Shown here: positions 30,194 through 39,898 of the stretch, piece after piece
Layout: each line of letters starts with the position of its first letter
Position numbering within the stretch: position 1 is the first letter of the stretch
Origin: an uncultured Candidatus Rokubacteria bacterium
GTDB lineage: Bacteria; Methylomirabilota; Methylomirabilia; Rokubacteriales; DASRDR01
DNA length: 64,000 nucleotides
Assembly: GCA_963805625.1 (NCBI GenBank)
Contig: CAWDVE010000013.1
Location: forward strand, 256,001-320,000
Direction: 5' to 3'
Made by a program: the position numbers and the translations under genes
Notes under the pieces: model-generated
What the model was told of the DNA's origin: nothing
Seen by the model: only the letters and a program-made list of their open reading frames with translations
Databases searched by the model: none

Positions 30194-30326
30194 CGGCGGC
30201 GACGCCGCGCACGCGAGGCCGTACGAAATCGCTCGTCGATCCCCCGTTGTCGGGGCGACGGCCTGGCGGCTCCCCTGCCCCGGGCTGGGTTATCCTGGCA
30301 GCATTCCGACCTCAAGGGAGGGCCAC

Positions 30327-31352
30327 ATGCACAGTTGGCTGCTCGCACTGTCGACGACCTTCATCGTGCTCGCCTCCCTCGGCGGCCGGCCCGCGGAGGC
30401 TCAGTCCTTCTTCGAAGGCAAGACCGTGCGGGTCATCGTGGGTCTCGCTCCCGGGGGCGGCTTCGACACGTACGCCCGGGTGATCGCGCGGCACATGGGC
30501 AAGCACGTTCCGGGCAACCCGACCTTCGTCGTGGAGAACATGACTGGGGCCGGGAGCCTCATCGCGGCCAATCACGTCTACAAGGTGGCCAAGCCGGACG
30601 GCCTCACGATCGGCAAGTTCAACGGATCTCTCATGCTGGGTCAGGTCTTGGGGCAGGCCGGAGTCGAATTCGACGCCAGGCGGTTCGAGTTCATCGGCGC
30701 GGCGGTGAAGGAAGACGTGGTGTGCTCGCTCACCAAGACCAGCGGTGTCACGAGCCTGGAGAAGTGGATCGCCGCGAAGACCCCCGTCAAGCTGGGCGGC
30801 CTGGCGCCTCTCGCTTCGCCCGACAACTCCGCCCGAGTCCTGAAGACCGTCCTCGGGCTACCCGTCCAGGTCGTCTCCGGATACCGGGGCACCGCGGAGA
30901 TCCGCCTCGCGGCGGACTCGGGCGAGCTGGCCGGGGCGTGCTGGTCCTGGGAGTCGATGCGGTCGACCTGGCGCAACGGACTCGACTCGGGTGACGTGGT
31001 CGCGGTGCTGCAGATGACCGGCAAGCCGTTCCCGGACCTGCCGAACGTTCCCCTGGCGATCAATCTGGCCAAGACGGACGAAGCGCGCCGGCTCGTCCAG
31101 GTCGGGATCCAGAACAGCGGCGCCTTCGCCCGCCCCTTCGTCCTGCCGCCTGGAACGCCGAAGGAGCGCGTTCAGCTCCTGCGCCGCGCCTTCCATGAGA
31201 CGCTGAAGGACGCGGCGTTCCTCGCGGAGGCGGAGAAGGCCAAGCTCACCCTCGACCCCGTGACGGGGGACGAGCTGGAGAAGATGGTCGGCGACCTCTT
31301 CGTGCTGGACGCCGCGCTCCTCGCCAAGCTGAAGGACATTCTCTACAACTAG
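30327..31352 (+). CDS. Bug/TctC tripartite tricarboxylate transporter substrate-binding protein
   Basis: Signal peptide; 'VIVGLAPGGGFDTYAR', 'VENMTGAG', 'AKPDGLTI', 'YRGTAEI.LA..SGE'. Confidence 0.88.
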   Translation: MHSWLLALSTTFIVLASLGGRPAEAQSFFEGKTVRVIVGLAPGGGFDTYARVIARHMGKHVPGNPTFVVENMTGAGSLIAANHVYKVAKPDGLTIGKFNGSLMLGQVLGQAGVEFDARRFEFIGAAVKEDVVCSLTKTSGVTSLEKWIAAKTPVKLGGLAPLASPDNSARVLKTVLGLPVQVVSGYRGTAEIRLAADSGELAGACWSWESMRSTWRNGLDSGDVVAVLQMTGKPFPDLPNVPLAINLAKTDEARRLVQVGIQNSGAFARPFVLPPGTPKERVQLLRRAFHETLKDAAFLAEAEKAKLTLDPVTGDELEKMVGDLFVLDAALLAKLKDILYN

Positions 31353-31452
31353 AGTCCCGGGGCGCGCGCTCGTGGTATTGCCGGCCGTACCGGCGAGCGC
31401 CTGACTCCTGGACCGGCGGGCTCGGCCCGGCGAAGACGGTCGTCGGAAGCCG

Positions 31453-32187
31453 TCAATCGTTGACGGTGGTGGTGAACCCCGCGCGCCGGGCCCAGTACTC
31501 CCACGCGCGGTTCTGGGACCGCGCCCGGAAGTTCATCTGCTCGGTGAGCCGGACCTCGCCCTCGGTCAGATAGGTCACCTCGCCGAGATCGCGCGCCTCC
31601 TTGACCAGCGCCGCGTTGACCATGAGGTAGATCGAGACGAACACCGTCGCCTTCAGGTCGTGCGCGGCCACCACGGCGCCGTGGCCGCGCATCAGGCATA
31701 CGCGGTGCGGCCCGAGGGTCCGAGCAAGGGAGTCGCCCATCGCGGTGGTAGTCACCAGGAGGTCGGTGTCACCGAACTCGTCCCGGACGTCCCAGACCGG
31801 CACTTCTTGGCCGATGCTGCCCGCCACGTGCAAGACCGGTCTGATCGCGGTGCCGGTGATGCCGAACGGGATGAGCGAGCGTGCGTGGTTGTGGCATACC
31901 GCCATCACGTCGGGCCGCGCTCTGTAGGCCGACCCGTGGATGGGCCGCTCCGAGTACATCGTCCGCCCCCGGGGATCGATCGGCCGGTTCTCGAGGTCGA
32001 ACTCCATGATGTCGCCGCGCTCGACCAGCTCGGGGCTCCGCGAGCGGGCCAGGAAATAGCGGTCCGGCAGCCGCGGGTGCCGGATGCTGATGTGACCGAA
32101 GGCGTCGATCACGCCTTCATTGGCGAGAATCCTGTTGGCGATGACGAGGTCGTCCAGGGCGGCGTCGTAGTCTGTCGCGTCTGACAC
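31453..32187 (-). CDS. Class II aldolase/adducin family protein (possible decarboxylase)
   Basis: 'DAFGHIS.R', 'SERPIHG..Y.ARPDV.AVCHNH', 'LMRGHG'. Confidence 0.85.
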   Translation of the reverse strand: MSDATDYDAALDDLVIANRILANEGVIDAFGHISIRHPRLPDRYFLARSRSPELVERGDIMEFDLENRPIDPRGRTMYSERPIHGSAYRARPDVMAVCHNHARSLIPFGITGTAIRPVLHVAGSIGQEVPVWDVRDEFGDTDLLVTTTAMGDSLARTLGPHRVCLMRGHGAVVAAHDLKATVFVSIYLMVNAALVKEARDLGEVTYLTEGEVRLTEQMNFRARSQNRAWEYWARRAGFTTTVND

Positions 32188-32206
32188 CGGATGGTCTCCT
32201 CTCCAG

Positions 32207-34210
32207 CTAGCCGTACCCGAACCAGGTGAGCAGGCCGCCGGGCGGAAACGGCACCCCCAGCACCCGCTCGAACAGCCCGTACACGAAGATGAACCCGCCC
32301 AGGCTCACCGCCAGGCTGGGCACCCATCGTTCACGCGCGCCGAGCTTGAGGTAGAGGAACGTCGTCAAGAGGGTAGCGCCCGCGAAACCCACCAGCCAGA
32401 TGGCCACGAACATCCCGACGATCCACGCGGCGATCTCCGCGGTGCGCCACCCGGCCATCGCCGACGGCACGCTGGGTGTGGCCTCGGCCAGGCCGGGACC
32501 CGGATTCTCCGGGCGCCCGGAGAGGTCGCGTACAAACTGCATGATTGCCAGACAGAGGGTCGGCACGGTCACGGCCCACGGGAAGAGACCGGCGCGCCAC
32601 CCGAAGCTCCGGCTCTGCCAGAGCGCCCAGGCGAACAGAAGCACGACGGCGAGGCTGAACGCCGCCCCCTCGTCGAGCCGGAGGCGGCGGGGCGCGCCCG
32701 CCCTTGCCGTCTCGGCCGGCGTCCGCCGCCGGCCCCGCCTGCGCACGAGCGGGACCACGAGGCCGACCACGGCGATCCCGATCAGGAGCAGCACCCCGGG
32801 CCGGAGGAGCCAGGCCGCGCCGTAGTTGTCCGTGGACAGGAACAGCCGGTTCTCGGCGAGAGGTCCCAGGACGAGCCCGAGGAGGAGCGGCGGTCGCGGC
32901 CATCCAAGCCGCGCCATCGCGAGCCCGAGCGCCCCGAACACGAGCACGACTCCGAGGTCCTGAAACACGTTCTTCTCGGCGAAGGCCCCGACGTAGACGA
33001 GCGTCAGGATGAAGGGAACGAGCAACGTGCCGCGGATCCGGGTGATGCGGGCCAGCTGGCCCATGAAGAGGAGGCAGACAGCGACCGTGATCACGTTCGA
33101 GATCACTATCGTCCACACCATCGCCAGCGTCACGGCCAGATGACCCTTGGGGGCCGGCGCGAGCATCGTCGGCCCCGGCACCAGGCCCTGGATGATGAAC
33201 GCGCCCATGAGGATGGCCGTGCTCACGCTGGCCGGCACGCCGAACGCGACGGTGGTGATCAGGCTGCCGCCGAGCGTCGAGTTGTTGGCGGCGCCCGGGC
33301 CGAGGACACCCTCGACCGCGCCCTTCCCGAACCGCACACGATCGGGTGAGCTCTGGACCGCGTGAGCATAGGCCAGCCACTGGGTGGTCGCTGCCCCCAG
33401 GCCCGGGATGATCGAGGCGAAGGTGCCAACGGCGCTGCACCGAAGCACGAGGAACCAGTGGCGGAAGGTGTCGCGGACGCCCTGCCACACCCCTCCGACC
33501 TGGCCCACGGTCACCTGGGCGATGCTCGAGCGCTGGACTGCCAGATCGACGAGCTCCGGGATCGCGTAGAAGCCGATGGTGACCGGCACGAGGCCGATCC
33601 CGTCCCAGAGGAAGAGCTGGCCGAAGGTGTACCGCTGCGTGCCGGTCATCGGATCGAGGCCGATCGTGGCCAGCCAGAGGCCAATGCCGCCCGCCACCAG
33701 CCCCCGGAGCAGCGCCTCACCGCTCAGCGAGGCCACGAAGGTGATCCCCAGCACCGACAGCATGAAGAACTCGGGGGAGCCGAAAGCAAGCACGAGCGGA
33801 CGCACGATCGGGATGGCCAGCCCGAGGACCAGCGCGCCGAAGACGGCCCCGATGAGGGAGCTCATCATGGCCGCCCCCAGGGCCCGGCCGGCTTCTCCGC
33901 GCTTCGCCATCGCGTGGCCGTCCACGATCACGGCGGCCGAGGTGGGCTCGCCCGGGATGCCGAACAGGATCGACGTGATGTCGCCGGTCGTGTTCGTCAC
34001 CGCCAGCATGCCGAGGAGGAAGGCGAATGCCTCGACCGGGTTCATCTTGAGGACGAAGGGCAGCATGAGGGCCAGCGTGGTGGGTCCGCCGAGGCCGGGG
34101 AGAATGCCGACGGCGAATCCGATGGCCACGCCGATCAGCATCAGTCCGAAAGTGGGCCAGGCGACGACCTGGGCCAGCCCGGTCAGGGCGGCGTGAACGA
34201 GATCAGCTAT
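32207..34210 (-). CDS. TctA permease fused to a C-terminal TctB-like domain (start uncertain: ATA at 34210 or a downstream ATG)
   Basis: 'VGILPGLG', 'SILFGIPGEP..A...DGH.MAKRG.AG', 'GPGAANN', 'GVPAS'; 4-TM TctB-like tail ending 'GVPFP.G'. Confidence 0.82.
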   Translation of the reverse strand: MADLVHAALTGLAQVVAWPTFGLMLIGVAIGFAVGILPGLGGPTTLALMLPFVLKMNPVEAFAFLLGMLAVTNTTGDITSILFGIPGEPTSAAVIVDGHAMAKRGEAGRALGAAMMSSLIGAVFGALVLGLAIPIVRPLVLAFGSPEFFMLSVLGITFVASLSGEALLRGLVAGGIGLWLATIGLDPMTGTQRYTFGQLFLWDGIGLVPVTIGFYAIPELVDLAVQRSSIAQVTVGQVGGVWQGVRDTFRHWFLVLRCSAVGTFASIIPGLGAATTQWLAYAHAVQSSPDRVRFGKGAVEGVLGPGAANNSTLGGSLITTVAFGVPASVSTAILMGAFIIQGLVPGPTMLAPAPKGHLAVTLAMVWTIVISNVITVAVCLLFMGQLARITRIRGTLLVPFILTLVYVGAFAEKNVFQDLGVVLVFGALGLAMARLGWPRPPLLLGLVLGPLAENRLFLSTDNYGAAWLLRPGVLLLIGIAVVGLVVPLVRRRGRRRTPAETARAGAPRRLRLDEGAAFSLAVVLLFAWALWQSRSFGWRAGLFPWAVTVPTLCLAIMQFVRDLSGRPENPGPGLAEATPSVPSAMAGWRTAEIAAWIVGMFVAIWLVGFAGATLLTTFLYLKLGARERWVPSLAVSLGGFIFVYGLFERVLGVPFPPGGLLTWFGYG

Positions 34211-34560
34211 CGGAGCAGCTCCCGCAGCTTCGCCACGACCGTGGCGTTGAGGCCGAACAGCTCGTTGACGACCTGTTCGAACTGCTCGCCCGCGATGGGG
34301 TCGACGTCGAGCTTGCTCCGGCCGGCGTCGGTCAGGAACTCCGGGTTCCTCAGCGTCGCCAGGAACGCGGCGCGCAGAATCCGCGCGAGCTCCGCTTGGA
34401 TCCCGGGTAGGAGTGCATAGGCTCGAGCGATCGTGCCGGGGACCATGATCCCGGCGCGGATCAGCTGTCGGGCCTCCTCGGTCCTCGCGAAGTCGAGCGC
34501 GAGAGGAACGTCGGGCAGCTCCGGCAGCGGCTTCGTGCCCGTCTGCCCGCATAGTACTCG
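34207..34560 (-). pseudogene. C-terminal remnant of a second Bug/TctC protein
   Basis: 'KPLPELPDVPLALDFARTEEARQL...PG......LRAAF..TL..PEFL.DA....L.VDP..GE' parallels the C-terminus of 30327..31352; no signal peptide or N-terminal domain. Confidence 0.75.
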
Positions 34561-34761
34561 TCCCGGGCCGTGGCCGGCCTTGCCAGAGTGCCGAGGCTCA
34601 GGAAGACACAGCCACGGAAGCCGCGCACGCATCCCTCTCAACGGTTCACTTCCCCACGGCGAGTGGCTCGGAGTGCTGGGCGCGCAGGCGCGCGTGCGTC
34701 CCGGTTCCATCGATCCCGTGGGCATGCTAGGTTATCGAGCCGAGACGCGTCAACTCGGACG

Positions 34762-35742
34762 ATGGCCACGCTCGCGCTCACGCTCGCCTGCGGCGACTAC
34801 GACCGCACCCTTCCCCTCCGGACCGGCGCCGTGCGGCCGGACGGCGTGGAGCTCGAGGTGCTCGCGCTGGAGCCCGAGGAGATGTTCTACCGGATGGCGC
34901 GGCGTCGCGACTTCGACGTGGCGGAGTTTTCGCTGGCCACCTACACGGTGCTACGCGGTCGAGGCGAGCCATTGGTCGCCATTCCGGTCTTCCCGTCCTT
35001 CGCGTTCCGGCATTCGGCAATCTTCGTGCGCAGCGACGCGGGCATCCGGGAACCGCGCGACCTCGTCGGGAAGCGCGTGGGAGTGCCCAAGTACCACATG
35101 ACGGCCGCGGTGTGGGTGCGGGGCATCCTGGAGGACGAGTACGGCGTGTCGCCGAGCGACCTCCACTGGTTCGAGGGCGGGGAGGGCACGGCGGTGAAGG
35201 AGGTCGACGTGACGCTGCCGCCCGGGCTCCGCCACCAGGTGGTACCCGGCGACCGGAACCTCGGCCATCTCCTGGCCGCGGGAGAGCTGGACGCCTTCAT
35301 CGGCGCCCGCCGGCCAGCCAGCGCTGGCAGCGCCAAAGAGCCCCCACCCGTGCGCCGCCTGTTCCCCGACTTCCGCCGTGTGGAGCGAGCCTACTTCGAG
35401 AAGACGGGGATCTTTCCGATCATGCACACGGTCGTCCTGAAGGAGGAGCTCGTCCGGGAGCATCCCTGGCTCCCACGCTCGCTCTACGAGGCATTCGCCG
35501 AAGCCAAGCGCCTCGCCTATCGGCGAATCGCCGACACGGCGGTTCTGCCCTACGTCCTGCCGTGGCTCGTGGCCGAGGTAGAGGAGACTCGGGCGCTGAT
35601 GGGGGACGATCCCTTTCCGTACGGCGTCAGCCGGAACCGCAAGACCGTGGAGACCCTGGCCGGCTACTCGTTCCGTCAGGGCCTGGCTCCGCGCCGTCTC
35701 GCGGTGGAGGAGCTCTTCTGTGAGTCACTGCTCGACACGTAA
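34762..35742 (+). CDS. 4,5-dihydroxyphthalate decarboxylase-like / SsuA-fold protein
   Basis: 'LTLACGDYDRT', 'FDVAEFSL', 'IPVFPS..FRHS', 'DL.GKRVG', 'TAAVWVRG', 'GIFPIMHTVV', 'YG...NR'. Confidence 0.8.
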   Translation: MATLALTLACGDYDRTLPLRTGAVRPDGVELEVLALEPEEMFYRMARRRDFDVAEFSLATYTVLRGRGEPLVAIPVFPSFAFRHSAIFVRSDAGIREPRDLVGKRVGVPKYHMTAAVWVRGILEDEYGVSPSDLHWFEGGEGTAVKEVDVTLPPGLRHQVVPGDRNLGHLLAAGELDAFIGARRPASAGSAKEPPPVRRLFPDFRRVERAYFEKTGIFPIMHTVVLKEELVREHPWLPRSLYEAFAEAKRLAYRRIADTAVLPYVLPWLVAEVEETRALMGDDPFPYGVSRNRKTVETLAGYSFRQGLAPRRLAVEELFCESLLDT

Positions 35743-35812
35743 GGCACCCTTCGAGCTGAGGTCGCCCTCAGGGGCTTCGCCCGGCATGCAGACGATCGAG
35801 CTCTACGACGCT

Positions 35813-36085
35813 CTACTGGCAGGCGAGCGTGCCGCCGACCCGGGAGCAGTTCGGGGGGACGGGCGGCGGGACCGGCTGCTGCCGCTGAAGGAGCTGGAAC
35901 TGCAGGCTCCGCTCCTGCTGTTGCTGCAGGCTCCCTCCCTGGCGCTCCATCTCCCGGCGGACCTCGCCCTGCTGCGTCGTGACATCCTGTCGCTGGCGCT
36001 CTATCGCCCCCGTCAGGCCGCCCGACTGGGCGGTCGCCACCGCCGCGAAGATCATCACGAGGACCGCCGCAACAGTCAGTCTCAT
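35813..36085 (-). CDS. Small secreted hypothetical protein (90 aa)
   Basis: Signal peptide (ATA-Q), Gln-rich helix, poly-Pro and terminal C-x8-C. Confidence 0.6.
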   Translation of the reverse strand: MRLTVAAVLVMIFAAVATAQSGGLTGAIERQRQDVTTQQGEVRREMERQGGSLQQQQERSLQFQLLQRQQPVPPPVPPNCSRVGGTLACQ

Positions 36086-36191
36086 GGCTTCATTGTCGCG
36101 CCGAAGGGCTCGGCGTCAAGTAAGCCGCGCTGACCGAGATCGCGCGTGGAGCCGAGTCGGGTGGATGCAGGCTGAGCTAGAATCGGGACCC

Positions 36192-37406
36192 ATGGCAACG
36201 GAGTCCGCACGGAACATGCGGCTGCTCGCCCACGACCAGCTGAACGGCTTCGGCAACTGCGGCGAGGGCATGGCCATCCAGCTCACCCGGGATGGCCGGC
36301 GGGTCCTGTGGCTCGCCCACGAGTCGCCGCCCAAGAACGTGACGGCGGTGGACGTGACGGAGCCGCGGAAGCCCGGAATCATCTTCCAGAGCGACCTACC
36401 CCATGGCGAGATGCGCTCGAACTCACTCGACGTGGCCGGGGACCTGCTGATCGTTGCCTATCAGACGAGCCGCCCGGGCTTGCAGCCGGCCGGATTCGAG
36501 ATCCTCGACGTGGCCGACCCTGCGCGCCCGCGGACCGTGGCGACGTTCGACGCATCGGGACCCGCATCCAGGGGGGTTCACCATCTCTGGTTCGTGGACG
36601 GGAGCTACGTCCACCTGAGCGGCGGGGCGGCCGATTTCACGCCCCGCAACCGGAAGGACGACCAGTGCTACCGGATCGTGGACGTCCGCGATCCTGTTCG
36701 GCCGCGCGAGGTCGGCCGCTGGTGGCTGCCGGGGACCCGGGACGGCGACGCGGATCCCCCGCCCGCGAGGCACCCGAAGTTCGACACCGGCTTCCGCGCC
36801 CACAACACAAACGTCTACCCCACGCGTCCGGATCGAGCGTATGTCGGCTACATCGACGGGGGCGCCGTCGTCCTCGACATCTCCGACATGGCGCACCCCC
36901 GGCTCGTCAGCCGGTGGGACTACCATCCGCCCTTCGCCGGGTTCACCCACACGCTTCTGCCGCTCTTCGACAGGGAGCTCATCGTCGTCTCCGACGAGTC
37001 CACGGCCGACGGCGCCGCCGACTGGCCGAAGCTCGTGTGGGTCCTCGACGCGCGCGACGAGACGAACCTGGTGCCGATCAGCACCTGCCCCCTGCCCCCC
37101 GTCGCCGAGTTCGGCGGACGCGGCGGCCGCTACGGGGCGCACAACCTCCACGAGAACCGGCCAGCGCCCGGGTCCTGGGTATCGGAGACGGTGATCCTGG
37201 GAACCTTCTTCAACGGCGGCGTCCGCGCGTTCGACCTCTCCGACCCCTTTCGACCGGAGGAGGTCGCGCACTTCGTGCCGCCAGCCCCGGGCGGATCGCC
37301 GCGCGGCGCCGCCCAGCTGAACGACGTATTCGTCGACGAGCGCGGGATCGTCTACACGGTCGACCGGTTCACCGGAGGCCTCTACATCCTGGAGATGCGG
37401 CTCTAG
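36192..37406 (+). CDS. LVIVD-repeat (beta-propeller) protein
   Basis: Repeated 'xDVxxPxxP' units, 'GVHH', 'AHN', 'FTHT', 'GAHN.HE', 'NGGVRAFD.SDP.RP.EVA'. Confidence 0.82.
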   Translation: MATESARNMRLLAHDQLNGFGNCGEGMAIQLTRDGRRVLWLAHESPPKNVTAVDVTEPRKPGIIFQSDLPHGEMRSNSLDVAGDLLIVAYQTSRPGLQPAGFEILDVADPARPRTVATFDASGPASRGVHHLWFVDGSYVHLSGGAADFTPRNRKDDQCYRIVDVRDPVRPREVGRWWLPGTRDGDADPPPARHPKFDTGFRAHNTNVYPTRPDRAYVGYIDGGAVVLDISDMAHPRLVSRWDYHPPFAGFTHTLLPLFDRELIVVSDESTADGAADWPKLVWVLDARDETNLVPISTCPLPPVAEFGGRGGRYGAHNLHENRPAPGSWVSETVILGTFFNGGVRAFDLSDPFRPEEVAHFVPPAPGGSPRGAAQLNDVFVDERGIVYTVDRFTGGLYILEMRL

Positions 37407-37473
37407 GCGACGGCAGTTCTCGGGGGGGCGAGCGCCGAATCGGGCGCGGCGTCGACGCCGCGAACGGCAGCGC

Positions 37474-37560
37474 TCAGAGGCCGAGGAACCGTGCCGCCGT
37501 GCCCCCCTCGACGAGTGCCCGCGCGCCCGGATCGAGCCCCGCCTCGCCGAAGACAAGGCC
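37474..37560 (-). pseudogene. Possible C-terminal remnant of an amidohydrolase_2-type gene
   Basis: Minus frame ends 'EAGLDPGARALVEGGTAARFLGL*', like the usual '..LGGNAARLLGL' terminus. Confidence 0.4.
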
Positions 37561-37622
37561 TGCGCCGACGACAACTGCCTCTCCTGGTCCGCGCCCGCGG
37601 CACGCTCGCCGCCGGGCCGGGA

Positions 37623-37652
37623 TTGACACCGTCGCAGCCCCGCCCGTACGTT
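37623..37652 (+). promoter_or_regulatory. Putative sigma70 promoter for the LLM/hydrolase operon
   Basis: TTGACA-N18-TACGTT, ending 26 nt upstream of the ATG. Confidence 0.5.
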
Positions 37653-37678
37653 GGACGCGCCGTGTCGAAGGGAGCCGC

Positions 37679-38923
37679 ATGAAGATCAGTGCGTTCCACC
37701 TGATGCCGCACCGCGAGCTGCCGGCGGACTTCGAACGGCGCTACGAGTCCGTCTGGGTGACGCCTCCATGGTGGGAGCTGGCCGACGCCCGCCGCGTGGG
37801 CCAATACTACAACTGGACGCTGGACGAGCTCCTGCACGCGGCCCGGTCCGGCTTCGACGGCCTCTGCACCAACGAGCATCACCAGAACGCCTACGGTTTC
37901 ATGCCGAGCCCGAACCTCATGGGGAGCGTTCTCGCGAAGCTCACACAGGGCTCGAACGTCGCCATCGTCCAGATGGGCTCCACCCTCCCCACCTCGAACC
38001 CGCCCATCCGCGTCGCCGAGGAGTACGCGATGCTGGACTGCATCAGCGGCGGGCGCCTGGTGGCCGGCCTGCCGCTCGGCAGTCCGATGGACGTGAACCT
38101 CTGCTACGGCATCACCCCGATGGAGCAGCGGGAGCGCTACCGGGAGGCCTTCGCCCTGACCCTGAAGGCCTGGCAGGCGCGGGAGCTGTTCGCCTGGAAC
38201 GGCCGGTACTACCAGCTGGCCAACGTGAACCTCTGGCCGCGCCCCGTCCAGGAACCCCATCCACCGGTGTGGGTCCCGGGCTCGGGCAGCGTCAGCACCT
38301 TCGACTTCGCCGTCGAGCACGACGTCTGCTACTGCTTCCTCAGCTACTCGGGGGCGCGGCCGGCCAAGACCCTGATGGACGCCTACTGGGAGGTGGTTTC
38401 GAGGAACGGGCGGGAGCCCAACCCCTACCGCGCCGGCTTCCTCCAGCTCGTCGCCGTGTCCGAGACGGACGCCCGCGCCGAGGAGGAGTACGCGCGGCAC
38501 GTCGAGTACTTCTACCACAAGTGCCTCCATGTGCCGGCCCCGTGGTTTTCGCCGCCCGGAAACCAGGACTACCGGAGCCTCCTCGCCACGGCGCGGAATC
38601 CGGTGCGCCGCACGGAAAACGCCAAGGACCTCCGCTACCGTGACTTCGCGGAGCGGGGCTACGTCATCGCCGGGAGCCCCGCCACCGTCCGCCAGCGCCT
38701 CGAGGAGGAGGTCGTGAAGGGTCTCCGTGTCGGGAACCTGATGCTGCTCGTGCAGATCGGGTCGATGCCCCACGAACTGACCCTGAAGAACATCACCCTC
38801 CTCGCCACCGAGGTCCTTCCGCATCTCCGTGGCATCTGGAACCACGAGGGGTGGGTGAACCACTGGTGGCCCCTGGAGCTCCGCGACGCCACGCCGGCGC
38901 CGATGGCCCGAGCAGCCGTCTGA
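37679..38923 (+). CDS. LLM class flavin-dependent monooxygenase
   Basis: 'GFDG...NEHH', 'P.RVAEEYAMLD.ISGGRL..G', 'WPRPVQ.PHPP.W', 'IAGSP.TV'. Confidence 0.9.
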   Translation: MKISAFHLMPHRELPADFERRYESVWVTPPWWELADARRVGQYYNWTLDELLHAARSGFDGLCTNEHHQNAYGFMPSPNLMGSVLAKLTQGSNVAIVQMGSTLPTSNPPIRVAEEYAMLDCISGGRLVAGLPLGSPMDVNLCYGITPMEQRERYREAFALTLKAWQARELFAWNGRYYQLANVNLWPRPVQEPHPPVWVPGSGSVSTFDFAVEHDVCYCFLSYSGARPAKTLMDAYWEVVSRNGREPNPYRAGFLQLVAVSETDARAEEEYARHVEYFYHKCLHVPAPWFSPPGNQDYRSLLATARNPVRRTENAKDLRYRDFAERGYVIAGSPATVRQRLEEEVVKGLRVGNLMLLVQIGSMPHELTLKNITLLATEVLPHLRGIWNHEGWVNHWWPLELRDATPAPMARAAV

Positions 38924-39717
38924 TGGCTCCGACGGCACGGACCGTTCCCGTCTGGCAAGACCAGGTCCACATGCGCGTTCTGTCCAAAGGCCGCGGACCC
39001 ACGGTCGTCTTCTTCCACGGTCCCTGGGGCCTCACCTGGAATCCCTTCCTGGACGAGCTGGCTCGGAGCTTCACGGTCCACGCCCCGGAGCATCCCGGCA
39101 CCAGCCCCGGGCGACCCGACGACATCCACCATCTCGACGGCATATGGGATCTGGTCCTCTGCTATGACGAGCTGCTGGATGCGCTCGGGCTCTCTCGGCC
39201 CATCCTCGTGGGCCACTCCTTCGGTGGCATGGTCGCCTGCGAGGCTGCGGCCGCCCGCCCGGCTCGTGTCGACCGCCTGGTGCTCATCGACGCGCTCGGG
39301 CTCTGGCGCGACGACGTCCCGATTCCCAACTGGATGCTCCTGAATCACGGGGACCTCGTCAGCCACGTCTTTCGCGACACCGACGGCGAGGCCGCGCGGC
39401 GAATGTTCGCTCCGCCGGAGGATCCCGACGCCCGGGTCATGGCCCGCGTGGGACTCCAGTGGGCCATGGGCGCCACGGGAAAGTTCCTGTGGCCGATCCC
39501 CGACAAGGGGTTGAAGAAGCGCATCCACCGGATCCAGGTCCCCACCTTGGTCGTCTGGGGCAAGGAGGACCGGATAGTCCCCCCAATCTATGCCGAGGAG
39601 TTCGTGCGGCGCATCCCCGGGGCGCGGGCGGAGACGGTGAACCAAGCCGGGCACGCGCCCCATCTGGAGCAGCCGGATGCGGTCGTCCGCCTCGTCCGCG
39701 GCTTCCTCGGCACGTAG
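38923..39717 (+). CDS. Alpha/beta fold hydrolase
   Basis: 'FHG', nucleophile 'GHSFGG', 'WG.ED', 'GH.PHLEQP'; start overlaps the LLM stop. Confidence 0.88.
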   Translation: MAPTARTVPVWQDQVHMRVLSKGRGPTVVFFHGPWGLTWNPFLDELARSFTVHAPEHPGTSPGRPDDIHHLDGIWDLVLCYDELLDALGLSRPILVGHSFGGMVACEAAAARPARVDRLVLIDALGLWRDDVPIPNWMLLNHGDLVSHVFRDTDGEAARRMFAPPEDPDARVMARVGLQWAMGATGKFLWPIPDKGLKKRIHRIQVPTLVVWGKEDRIVPPIYAEEFVRRIPGARAETVNQAGHAPHLEQPDAVVRLVRGFLGT

Positions 39718-39898
39718 CTCTCGGACTCCGTCGGCTCGACCGGGAAGCTCGAGAAGGCCGGCACCCGGACCCTGCCCGCCTCCTGGCGCAGTCGGTCGCA
39801 GCGAGCGTGGACCGCCCCTTCAGGCTCGGTTGTCCGGCTCGTGAGACCGCGCTAAGCTTAGGCGGCGACGGCGGGCCCATCGCGGGGGAGGCGCAGCC

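Noticed and set aside
36308-37678. Apparent 871-aa LLM protein with a long N-terminal extension
   Set aside because: The extension is an off-frame read through the LVIVD gene; the true start is the ATG at 37679 with a GGAG RBS.
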